Origin: Paraspadella gotoi
Taxonomy: Eukaryota; Animalia; Chaetognatha
DNA length: 64,000 nucleotides
Assembly (NCBI GenBank): GCA_051294375.1
Contig: CM119270.1
Coordinates: forward strand, 19,223,572-19,287,571
Direction of reading: 5' to 3'
Shown here: piece by piece, positions 35,055 to 47,345 of the stretch
How the letters are laid out: each line of letters starts with the position of its first letter
Numbering within the stretch: the first letter of the stretch is position 1
The notes under the pieces: model-generated
Told to the model about the DNA's origin: nothing
Databases searched by the model: none
The model's input: the letters and a program-made list of their open reading frames with translations, nothing else
Translations under genes and position numbers: made by a program

Positions 35055-35855
35055 CTTGGTTTTTGTGGTTTTAAATATTTTTTAAATTAGATTTTTATTT
35101 AGCATTAATACGAGATCAGTCACGATTAAAACAATCTGTTCCACTACAGTTACAGGTCTCGAACCTAAGATCTTTGAAGGAAAAGGTTTTACCTCTGGCC
35201 CCTAAGAGGCGATATGGACGGCGAGCAGATTCTCAGTTTGCTCAACATTAATCTGGAGATTCACGTAATAACGAAATGAAGAGCTTAGGAGGAAAAGTAG
35301 CTCGAACAGGTTTAGGGAAACATAAAAATCAGTTTCTAAGCATTAAATTTTATTTTTTAGGGCTACTGTCGCTCGCAATTTTTATGACACTTTTCATTAT
35401 ATGTTTAGTCATTAAAATGAAATGAAAATACGTAATTAAAAAGTTTAATATATTATTCATGAATTGCGAAAACCAAAAATTGGTTCGGAATTAAGATTTT
35501 AATTTTTAATTAATTAATTAATTAATTAATTAATTAATTTTTTTAACTTGAGAAGTGTTATGAAAATAGTACTTAAGATCAAAAGCTTTTTGATGGAACC
35601 GATCATGCGATCGATCAAAAAAAAAAAAAAAGAACGAAATAGGACCAGTTTTCTTTTCAACGCCACTTTTCCGATTGACTATTATATACCATATCTTGTT
35701 TTATATTGACAAAGTCGTTAGGTTCCGAACTCGAACCAGTTTGACAAGTTTGAGAATTGTTGTGTCGGTGAAAGTCGGTCGCACGATTTTGCAGCAAAAT
35801 TTATCGAAAAAAAAGTCATTAAAAATATATTTAATGAAACATCTATAATGAATAC

Positions 35856-36468
35856 TAAGGCGTAGTGAAAGTTACATACGAAAATTCTAAAAAGTCAATT
35901 ATGAACAACATACCATCAGTGAACATTAATTTGTAAAAAAAATAATTTTATGTTTTTTAATTTTCGCAGTAGGCCTATATTTATATATAGTACTATCTTT
36001 ATAAAATTGAAAAATTTCAAAATAAGCTTTTCTTAATTTTGATTGCAGATTTGAATTCCTCGTCAAAAGTTAATAAAAGAAAATATAAATCATTTTTAAA
36101 AATTCTTTCATTAAGTGGGTTAAAAATTAAAAAAACTATATTATATATATAAAAAGTTAATTTTCAGCTTAAAATATAGCTTTTTCTAATTTTTGACCCA
36201 CTTAATGAAGGATTTTTTCAAAAAGAGTTATATTTCTTTTACCAACTTTTTAAGACGAATCCAAATCTGCAAAAAAATCTTAGGAAAAACTGTTTTGAAA
36301 TTTTAACATTTTATTGGTTTAGTACTAGTATAAATATGGCCTACTGCGTAAATTGTAAAATTTATTATGAATTTTTTGATTACATAAATGTTCATTAATA
36401 TAATGTTGTTCGTTCCTCACTTTTAGAATTCTAATTAAAGTTAAATTTAGAAATTTTACTACGCCTTA
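35856..36468. mobile_element. Foldback MITE with about 290-bp inverted arms and target-site duplication
   Basis: TAAGGCGTAGT...ACTACGCCTTA flanked by ATGAATAC on both sides (35848-35855 and 36469-36476). Arms pair internally (GCAGTAGGCC/GGCCTACTGC, CATTAAGTGGGT/ACCCACTTAATG). Confidence 0.85.
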
Positions 36469-36792
36469 ATGAATACTCATTCACGTATGAACTTTAGATC
36501 GATTAAATTAACAGAAAAAGCCCATTCGAGAAACTACTTGGAACCATTAGGGAAGACCTTCGTACATGCCCAAGAGCGGTTTTTAAATTTTTTCCAAAGC
36601 AAGTTTTTGAGAAAATTTAATTTAAAAAAATTTAAAAAATTTTAGTAAAAAATAATTTAAACAAAATTCATGTACGACTGTATTTAAGATAAGGAAGTAA
36701 AATTAGGTATTCATCCTGATGTATTTTTCAAGACCTTTCGGATGAACCTATTTTCATCGTTGTACGATGCATTACTTATGAAATTGGTACAA

Positions 36793-36835
<43 letters not shown>

Positions 36836-37784
36836 TATCAGCAGATGAATTTTGGTTAATCCTCAGGAGTTCAAACATATCATATTATCCTCATTGTATT
36901 GATAATAATTTTCGTGACATTTATGAAGAATACTATATGCGCTTTTGTTTTATAAAATTATTCATCACGAGCGCGTGAGATGTCGCTATGCATGCGATTT
37001 ACCGGCGAGGGAAGTTAAGGTAAACAAAACGACAAAATATTAACGAGCAAAATAATCTAATATTAATGCGAAACGTTCGAAAACTATTTTAATTCTTTAT
37101 TTTTAAAGTATTTCAAAGTTTTTTGAATTTTTTAAAAACTCTGTAATGGAGAGAATTATAAAAAAATGACATAGCCTGGCAAATATGGGGAAAGATAGCA
37201 TATTTATTAAATAAATGGATAAATTTTATATATAGGTTGTACCAATTTCATAAAGGCAAAAGGAAAAGATGAAATAAAAGAAAAGCTAAGAATATATTAT
37301 AATGTGTTATGTTATCGATATAAGATAAACGAGTAAATGAAAATAATGGGAGAGGAAAAGGAAAGGAATGGATGGGAATTAAAGAGGGGAAGGCTAAAAG
37401 GAAAGGAAGGGGAGAAGGAGGAGGAGGAGGAAGAGGAGGAAGGAGGAAGATTGGGCGTCGCTCTCGTCAGAAATTGTGACCCAGAGGTTTTCTTATCTTT
37501 ATTCATTCCTCTCAATCTCTTCCGACTCTGTCTCCCTACGGGTTTGTCCTTTGCGAGAGCGAGAGTGAGAGCAAGTGGGGAGATAGAGAAAGAAAGTGTG
37601 TGAGAGTGAAAGCGACACGCAGTGTGAGACTTAAAGGAAGTTAGTTAAAGAGGAAGAGTTTAAGAGAGAAAGAAAGAAAGAAAGAAAAAAAGAAAGAAAG
37701 AAAATAAGAAAGAAAGAAAGGAAGCAAGAAAGAAAAAGAAGAAAGCAAGAAAGAAAAAAAATAAAGAAAGAGAGAAAGAAAAGA

Positions 37785-37834
<50 letters not shown>

Positions 37835-37835
37835 T

Positions 37836-38035
37836 GGAGTCGTGTTTCTTCAAATTGGGTTCTATTCTTCCTCCCGTCTTGGGACCCATTATTGAAACGG
37901 TAACTTGGTTTCCAAACTTCCGTCTCGCAGAAGATTCTTCTTTCTTTACAAAAGGCCGAGATCCGCCTCAATGCTTTGTCTGCGGTATTTTTCTTACTGC
38001 CAAAAGCTGTATTTTTTTGTCTCTGCAGCATTTAC
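37836..38035 (+). pseudogene. Decayed non-LTR retrotransposon C-terminal zinc-knuckle region (RNase H-bearing I-group-like)
   Basis: KLGSILPPVLGP..SFFTKGRDPPQCFVCGIFLTAK resembles KL..IKP.LG..SYLL.G.DPP.C..CG..LTVKH. Confidence 0.45.
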
Positions 38036-38188
38036 TAAAAAAGCTACAAGCATCTTGGTTCTTCTTGTTATCTTTAATAAGACGTTTCTCTCTAAATATT
38101 TTATTATACCATTTCAATTCCCAAATTTTCTTCTAAATGTGTTTTTCGGTTGCATTCTCTCTTTCTCTCTCTCTCTCTCTCTCCTCTC

Positions 38189-38240
<52 letters not shown>

Positions 38241-39453
38241 TTTTTTTTTTTCTCATCAATCGCCATCTCTACTCTCTTTGTGCAAATTCTCTTTCTTCTT
38301 CAAATGCCTGGACTTACTTTTTCCACTGACCCTCGTTTTCAAAAAAAGTCGCTTTCTTCATTCTCGTCGTCGTCATCATCGTCGTCGTGGTCGTCGTCGA
38401 AAGCGTCATGGTCCGTATCGTCATCGCAGTCAACGTCGTCGTCGTCGTCGTCGNNNNNNNNNNCGTCGTCGTCGTCGTCGTCGTCCTCATAAGCGTCGCT
38501 CCGTGTTGTTTCTTGTCAAAGTTTGTTATTCTAACCTGAGAGGAAACGGCGTCGGGGCGAAGGAAAGTAAGTTAAGTTTTTTTTTTGAGGAAAGTTAATG
38601 GAAAATTTCGAAATTGGATTTTCTGGTTTTAAACTCGCTTGGACTGTTATATATTATACAATTAAATACATATTTTAATTCTGTGAGAAAAATCCAAAGA
38701 TTGTTTAAAAGACGAAAAAAAAACTTAAGTGAGTGGTCATTTTATACGGCCGTACCAATTTCATAATTTTTTTTTTAAAAGAAACCAGACTTGGGGGTTT
38801 CTCCAGCCCACAAGGTGGTTTACGGCCGTGCTCACGCTTACCGCAGGGGAGGCAACATGTGGTGGTCATAAGCCACCGAGTCGCGGCTGAAGGTGTCATG
38901 CTTATAATATTACATAAAGTGATAAGTTATAAGCTATTAGTTACTGCTATAGGTTATAGGCGGGGTGAACCTATACAATGCCCGACTAAAAGATTAAGAC
39001 GAAAGAAACATAGAAAGATAGAAAGAATAAAAGCAAGACAGAGAGATAAAACAAAAGAAAGAAAGAAAAACCCAAAAGAAAGAAAAAGAAAGAAAGAAAG
39101 AATCCGGCTTGAGTCTGGTCGGGGATCGATCGGCGGACGGGCCCATAATTCAAGGGAATCCAATAAATATTAAGGAGAAAATCCGAAAGAACATGAAAAG
39201 AAAAAAAGGGAAAAAAAGGAAAAAAAGGGAAAAAAAAGGAGCGAAGATTGGAGAGAGAATCTTTAGACGAAGAGTGTAAATCACTCAAAAATAGAAAGCA
39301 CAGAGAGAAAGAGATGAGAGAGAGATGAGAGAGGAGCGAGAGAGAGAGAGAGAGAGAGAGAGATGAGAGAGAGACGAGAGGAGAGAGAGAGGAGGGGGGG
39401 GTGAGCGAGATAAAAATGCTGCCATTTAAGTTAGCAATAAGAAGATCGGAGAG

Positions 39454-39491
<38 letters not shown>

Positions 39492-39728
39492 AGAGAGAGA
39501 CGAGAGGAGAGAGATGGAGAAGAGAGAGAGAGAGAGAGAAAGAACAGAGAGAAAAACAAAGAGGGATAGAGAGAGGGAGTGGGGTTTTCTTTTCTTCTGA
39601 CAAACGCAGCTTTTTACGGAATGGCTTTTAACACGCAATAGTTTTGTTGGAGGCGGGGAACGTTGTCTTCGTCGTCGTCTCCGGTATCGTCGTTTTTGTC
39701 GTCGTTGTCGGTGTCGTCGTCATCGTCA

Positions 39729-39767
<39 letters not shown>

Positions 39768-39934
39768 TCGTCTCCGAATCAAGTTTCTCCCTGCAAATTC
39801 TTTGGGTGATTCCGAATTAACAATGAAACGGAAGTTTTGAAATTATTTGTTTTCCCGAATTAACTTTTTGACACGCATGGTTACACGCATTCCTCCTTAC
39901 CTGTAGGTCCTACTAGACTCTACTGTGTAGGGAT

Positions 39935-40974
39935 TTATCACATTGCTTACAAGCAATCTCTGGTTCTTCTTGTTATTGCTTTAATAAGACGTTTCTCTCT
40001 AGAATATTTTATTATAACCATTTCAATTCCGCAAATTTTCTTCTAATGTGTTTTTCGGTTGCATTTCTCTTTCCTTTCTCTCTCTCTCTGTATCTCTCTA
40101 TCTCTGATCTCTCTCATCTCCTCATCTCTCTCTCTCTCTCCTCTCTCATCAGTCTCTCCTTTTTTTTTTTCTGCATCAATCGGCATCTCCTACTCTCTCT
40201 GTGTCAACATTCCTCTTCTTCTTCAAAATGCCTAGACTTACTTTTTCCACTGACGCCTCGTTTTCAAAAAAAAAGTCGCTTTCTTTATTCTCAGTCGTCG
40301 TCATCATCGTCGTCGTGGTCGTCGTCGAAAGCGTCATGGTCCACGAATCGTCTTCCAGGTTATCGTCGTTTGTTCGTCGTTGTCGGTCGTCGTCGTCATC
40401 GTCATCGTCTCGTCGTCGTTTCGTCCGTCGTCGTCATCGTCGTCGTCATTCGTCTCCGAATCAAGTTTCTCCTGCAAATTTCTTTGGGTGATTCGAATTA
40501 ACAATGAAAACGGAAGTTTTGGAAAATTATTTTGTTGCCCGAATTAACTTTTGACACGCATGGTTACACGCATTCTTCCTTACCTGTAGGGTCTACTAGA
40601 CTCTACTGTGTAGGGATATGATTTTATGGTTCCTAAACAATGGACGCTATGTTTTATGACGAACCTGCTCGTCGGCGCCGTATCTTGTATTTCGTCTCTT
40701 GTCAGATTTTCGAAAAAGGGGGTTTGTTATATTATGTCAGTGCTTTCCTCTGCATTTAAATTGCAGAGAGAAGTATCATTAAATGGTATCGTTCTAGAAT
40801 TATCATCAAAAACAACAATGAAAACTTGCACTGAGTACCATTGAATATGACCATCGAAAAGAAAAACAAAGCAAAAAGAGCAAACGAGTATAAACTCGAT
40901 TAGATGAAGAGACTTTGTTTTGTCCGGAGATTTCCCGCCTTTTGAGACTAAAGCTCTTTCCTTTGGTACGAGGC

Positions 40975-41010
<36 letters not shown>

Positions 41011-41018
41011 CTATCCTA

Positions 41019-41085
<67 letters not shown>

Positions 41086-43657
41086 TCTCTCGCCTGGTGT
41101 TTACTTTTTATCGCGCCTCCCACTCTCGGCTTTCCTCGCGCTTAATGATCTTCATTCCTCACCGTTCTCCGCCGCTGCGGTCTCCATTTCCTTACCCATA
41201 CCTTACCCCCTCCTCCCTCTCTCTCTCTTCTTTCTCTCTGTTTCTATTCCTCCCCAATTCTCTGTCGTTCGTTCTTCTTTGGCCTTCCTCTTTTTACCCT
41301 TTTATTCTCACTCTCTCCTTTTTCACTATATTCCTTTTTTCACCCTTACCTGACTCTCTTTCTCAAACTTACCTATTGATTCCATGGTTTTCCCTTCTTC
41401 TCTCCTCTTCCTCTTCTTTTTATCTCTTGGATCTCTTTCCCAACTCTATTTTTCATATTTTCAATTTTTCATTTCCTTCATGTATTTCTTACCTTCCTTG
41501 TGTCTACTATTTAATTGGTATAAACCAATATAAATCTTTCCATTCATTAGATAATTAACCTATCTTGCCCCTGACTTTGAATAGGCCATGTGCGTTAAGG
41601 CCTTTATCCCTCTCACACTCTAATAACATAGTAAGCAAGTCACTGCAAGCTTTAAATCAAACTCTCACAGACTCGTTTGTTCACTCCCACAGTACCTGGC
41701 TTCCCTATCCTGCAATATTATATATTGTTTAAGTATTAGTATTAGTGTTAGTATTAGTAATTAGTATTGTACTCTCGATCATTCACTTACCTTCTTAATC
41801 CTTTCCTTCCTCCTTCATCTTTNNNNNNNNNNNNNNNNNNNNNNNNNGCTTCCTCACCTTTGAATAACCCCTTTCCCCAGTTTTTCTCAAACGCCGCCAA
41901 AGGATCTAGATTTCAACCTTCCCTAGAGACTCGTAATTCATCCAGCGAGCGCTCGCCTAGATACAACAACAACGGAAAGCGCTTAGTTTTTACGCCTCGG
42001 CGAAAGATAAATCATTAAAAACTGAGTAAAGATTCTTTCAGCAGCACCCATATTCTTTCTACATCCACTGGCCTCTCGAATCGAGAATCCCGAAAACTAC
42101 AGATCGGTCTTATTTTCCCAAAACGCCCCTTTCCGTCTTAAATTCGAAATTAAATTAGTTTTTAAGTTAAGAAAAAATGATAATAAATTAATGTTAAGGA
42201 TTAAGTTAGTAATTACTTAGGGTTAGGATTTAGAGTTAAAAATAGGTTATGAGTTGGGTCAAAGGATACTATTAAGAATTAAAATTAATTTTAATAATTA
42301 AGTAATCGAGATGAGGCTCTCTTGGAAAAGACAGCCTAAATATATACGAGAAGGCTAAGCGCTCGAGAAGCTATTTCTCGATGAAGCGCCCGTTTGTATC
42401 TAAGCTCCTGCCCGCGAGATGTCTCTCCACGCAGTTTTCGTATCTTGTACCAGACTTTCATTGTTCTTCTGTTTGTTTGGTTTCGAGTGGCCTCTTCTTG
42501 TCTTTTGTTTGTTTTCGTTTTTCCCTCTTGGACGTATCGGCCAATAGAGAGGGTGTGATTGGTTTATCACATTGCTTACAAGCAATCTCTGGTTCTTCTT
42601 GTTATTGCTTTAATAAGACGTTTCTCTCTAGAATATTTTATTATAACCATTTCAATTCCGCAAATTTTCTTCTAATGTGTTTTTCGGTTGCATTTCTCTT
42701 TCCTTTCTCTCTCTCTCTGTATCTCTCTATCTCTGATCTCTCTCATCTCCTCATCTCTCTCTCTCTCTCCTCTCTCATCAGTCTCTCCTTTTTTTTTTTC
42801 TGCATCAATCGGCATCTCCTACTCTCTCTGTGTCAACATTCCTCTTCTTCTTCAAAATGCCTAGACTTACTTTTTCCACTGACGCCTCGTTTTCAAAAAA
42901 AAAGTCGCTTTCTTTATTCTCAGTCGTCGTCATCATCGTCGTCGTGGTCGTCGTCGAAAGCGTCATGGTCCACGAATCGTCTTCCAGGTTATCGTCGTTG
43001 TCGTCGTTGTCGTCGTCGTCGTCATCGTCATCGCTCGTCGTCGTCGTCCGTCGTCGTCATCGTCGTCGTCATCGTCTCCGAATCAAGTTTCTCCCTGCAA
43101 ATTGCTTTCGGGTGATTCGATTAAGCAATGAAAACGGAAAGTTTTTGGAAAATTATTTGTATGCGACCGAATTAACTTTGACACGCATGGTTATCACGCA
43201 TTCTCCTTACCTGTAGGTCCTACTAGACTCTACTGTGTAGGGATATGATTTTATGGTTCCTAAACAATGGACGCTATGTTTATGACGAACCTGTGTCGGC
43301 GCCGTAATCTGTATTTCGTCTCTTGTCAGATTTTCGAAAAAGGGGGTTTGTTATATTATGTCAGTGCTTTCCTCTGCATTTAAATGCAGAGAGAAGTATC
43401 ATTAAATGGTATCGTTCTAGAATTATCATCAAAAACAACAATGAAAACTTGCACTGAGTACCATTGAATATGACATCGAAAGAAAAACAAAAGCAAAAAG
43501 AGCAAACGAGTATAAACTCGATTAGATGAGAGGACTTTGTTTGTCCGGAGATTTCCCGCCTTTGAGGACTAAGCTCTTTCCTTGGTAGAGCCTCTCTCTC
43601 TCTCTCTCTCTTCTCTATCTCTCTCTCCTCACTATCTCTCTCTCTCTCTCTCTCTCT

Positions 43658-43691
<34 letters not shown>

Positions 43692-45210
43692 ATCTCTCTC
43701 TCTCTGCCTGTGTTTACTTTTATCGCGCCTCCCACTCTCGGCTTTCCTCGCGCTTAATGACCTCTTCATTCCTCACCGTTCTCCGCCGCTGCGGTCTCCA
43801 TTGCCTTACCCATACCTTACCCCCTCCTCCCTCTCTCTCTCTCTTTCTTCTGTTTCTATTCCTCCCCATTCTCTGTCGTTCGTTCTTCTTTGCCTTCCTC
43901 TTTTACCCTTTTATTCTCACTCTCTCCTTTTTCACTATATTTCCTTTTTTCACCCTACCTGACTTCTTTCTCAACTTACTATGATTCCATGGTTTTCCCT
44001 TATTCTCTCCTCTTCCTCTTCTTTTTATCTCTTGATCTCTTTCCCAACTCTTTTTCATATTTTTCATTTTTTCATTTCTTCATGTATTTTCGCTTACCTT
44101 CCTTGTGTCTACTATTTAATTGGTATAAACCAATATAAATCTTTCCATTCATTAGATAATTAACCTATCTTGCCCCTGACTTTGAATAGGCCATGTGCGT
44201 TAAGGCCTTTATCCCTCTCACACTCTAATAACATAGTAAGCAAGTCACTGCAAGCTTTAAATCAAACTCTCACAGACTCGTTTGTTCACTCCCACAGTAC
44301 CTGGCTTCCCTATCCTGCAATATTATATATTGTTTAAGTATTAGTATTAGTGTTAGTATTAGTAATTAGTATTGTACTCTCGATCATTCACTTACCTTCT
44401 TAATCCTTTCCTTCCTCCTTCATCTTTGCTTCCTCACCTTTGAATAACCCCTTTCCCCAGTTTTTCTCAACGCCGCCAAAGGATCTAGATTTCAACCTTC
44501 CCTAGAGACTCGTAAATTAATCCAGCGAGCGCTCGCCTAGATACAAAACAACGGAAAGCGCTTAGTTTTTAACGCCTCGCGAAAAGATAAATCATTAAAA
44601 AGGCTGAGTAAAGATTCGTTCGTAGCAGCACTCCGAAAAGGCGATATTCTTTCTACAGTCCACTGGCTCTCGAATCCGAAGAAATCCCGAAGACTACAGG
44701 ATCGGTCTTATTTTCCCCCAAAACGACAGCCCTTTCCTGTCTTAAATTCGAAATTTAAATTAGTTTTTAAGTTAAGAAAAAATGATAATTAAGATTAATG
44801 TTAGGATTACTAAGTTAGCCAATTATGTTAATTTGGTGTTAGATTGGGAATTTAGAGTTAAAAAATAGGTCTATGAGTTTGGGGTCAAACACATACTATT
44901 AAGATAAAACATTAATTTTTACTAATTAAGTAGATCGAGATAGAGGCTCTCCTTGGGAAAAGACCAGCCTAAATATATACGAAAAGCGAAGGCATTTAAA
45001 GCCGCCTCGAAGAAGCTATTTCCTCGATGAAGCGCCCGTTTGTATCTAGAGCTCCTCGCCCGCGAGATGTCTCATCCACGCCAGTTTTTCGTATCGTTGT
45101 ACCAGACTTTCATTGTTCTTCTGTTTGTTTTCGGTTTCGAGTGGCCTCTTCTTGTCTCTTTGTTTGTTTTCGATTTTTCACCTCTTTGGACGATTACATC
45201 GGCCATAGAC
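39935..45210. repeat. About 2.63-kb tandem duplication (39935-42560 and 42563-45210), with partial copies at 38040-38480 and 39700-39930
   Basis: Near-identical blocks that differ by indels. Includes candidate minus-strand Asp-rich exons with GTAAG donors. Confidence 0.85.
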
Positions 45211-45435
45211 GAGCGTGTGATCTGGGAGACGAAGAGAGAGAGAGAGAGAGAGAGAGAATGGGAAGAAAAAAGAAGAGAAGAGAGAAGAGAGAGAGAGAGA
45301 CGAGGAGAGAGGAAGAGGGAACGTAACATCCGGATTAAAATCCTCGGTCTCCTAAATCACCCTACGCGATGTTAGAGGTTGGTGAAGAAAACGCAATGAG
45401 AAGAAGGCGAGTACAAGCCTTGTGTGTGTGTGTGA

Positions 45436-45469
<34 letters not shown>

Positions 45470-45473
45470 CGAA

Positions 45474-45505
<32 letters not shown>

Positions 45506-45669
45506 AGAGAGAGAGAGAGAGAGAGAGAAGAGAAGAGAGAGAGGAGAGAGCCAGACAGAGAGGAGAGAGTAGAGAGNNNNNNNNNNNNNNNNNNNNNNNN
45601 NAGAGAGAGTCAGTCGTCAATTGCTGTCACACGCGACTGGGATTCCCAACGACTTCCGTCAACACGATC

Positions 45670-45860
45670 TCGACCAATCAGCTTCTCGCTTCGCCGGTTG
45701 CCTTCTGTCTCTTGACCAATGAACGACCTTTGTGGTTTCCATTTAGCCAATCAAAAACCGGCTTTCGCGCGAACGGAATCCCTCGGGTGATATGAAGGAG
45801 GCGTTGTTGCGCAGAGCAACCAATCAGCGATCGGAGCCCGTGAACGTCAGCCAATCAGGA
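45670..45860 (+). promoter_or_regulatory. Cluster of five CCAAT (NF-Y-type) boxes
   Basis: CCAAT at 45674, 45716, 45747, 45820 and 45851; four are CCAATCA. Confidence 0.65.
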
Positions 45861-46288
45861 ACGAGGGTGCGTGAGTAGAGGCGAACGACGACACGGACTA
45901 CGAGCTAAAACAACGGCTGGTCTGTGAGGTCTCACTATGGTAAAGGAAAGGATTATGGTGCTGGAAAATGAAGGGTCTGCGAAATGTCACTGTGGAAAAG
46001 AAAGAGAAGGACATTGTGCTGGAGAAATGACGTGTCTGAAGGGATGTTCATTGTTCAATATTCACTACTGGCTTACAAAACTTTAAGAGCATAGAGCACC
46101 ATAGATCTTTTTTGTAGTCACTACGGTTAAATATCGATTGTCACGTAACAAGAAGGAAACAGAGTAGAAGAAGACGATGAATAAAAGTATAATAGGAAGA
46201 AAGAGAAAAGAAAAAGAAGAAAAAGAAAAAAAAAGAGAAGAAGAGTAACGATTAAATAAGGAAAACGTGGAAATGTGAACAGAGCGAG

Positions 46289-46344
<56 letters not shown>

Positions 46345-47104
46345 TGCCAGCGCATCCCCAATTCCCAAGGGTCATGCATGCGTGAAAAAGGGAGGAGGAG
46401 CTCGGGATAGAATTCCCGCAGTCAGACGCTCAGTGACTCGATCGAGCAATTCATTCTGTGAGTCTTTCACAGAAGACGGAAGGCGTAATCACACGGTTAA
46501 CTTATGAAATTGCGTCGAATAATTTAAAATTAGCTATTTGTACAATAAAAAAGTTATCTTGTCGTTGGAAAGACCACAATCTCTCTTAACAAATTGGTAT
46601 GATATTTGATATGGAATATGTGGTATGCGATATTTTCAATTTTGAAGTGTGCCGTCAACTTTATGTTCTTATTATTTTACTTATTGCCCTTTTGGCATTT
46701 ATTTTTTTCATCACTACAACAGAAGAATCCCACCCTTCGTTTCCACCCACCCACCCATTAGCCGACCACCCCCCCAAACGCCGCTCCCACATAATCGTCG
46801 AAACGAAACCAAAAAAGGTCACGTGACTCGCCGATCGAAATCCAAAGGCGAGTTTTGTTTTCCAAATTAAAAATTGTGGAAAAAGAATTAGGGCGACGAC
46901 GGTTTTGAGCGGCGGGGGAGGAGGATGATGCAACCCACCCTGACCACCCACCACCACCACCACCTTTTACTACCCTAACCACCCTTTCGCTCACTCGCGC
47001 AGTCGACGATTTCCCCTCGCTCTATTAGCGGGGGGGGACTCGCGAGCGGCGGGGCGACGCGTCGAAGGTGGGGGGAAAGTGAATGAGAGGGGGCGGTTAG
47101 GGGG

Positions 47105-47334
47105 CACAGAGGCTCGAATTATAAGCACCCCTGCAAAATTCCCTAACTCCTCATTCGCCCTGCCAATCAAGTATATATATATACACAGAGGCTCGAATTA
47201 TAAGCACCACCTGCAAAATTCCCTAATCCTCATTCGCCCTGCCAATCAAGTATATATATATACACAGAGGCTCGAATTATAAGCACCACCCTGCAAAATT
47301 CCCTAACTCCTCATTCGCCCTGCCAATCAAGTAT
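47105..47334. repeat. About 78-bp tandem repeat, 3 copies
   Basis: CACAGAGGCTCGAATTATAAGCACC...GCCCTGCCAATCAAGTAT repeated three times. Confidence 0.95.
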
Positions 47335-47345
47335 GGGGGGTGGGG

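Noticed and set aside
37312-46380. Many SL- or ER-repeat ORFs
   Set aside because: Translations of (GA)n/(TC)n and (TCG)n microsatellites.
47105-47334. Possible CRISPR array
   Set aside because: The whole unit repeats with no variable spacers.
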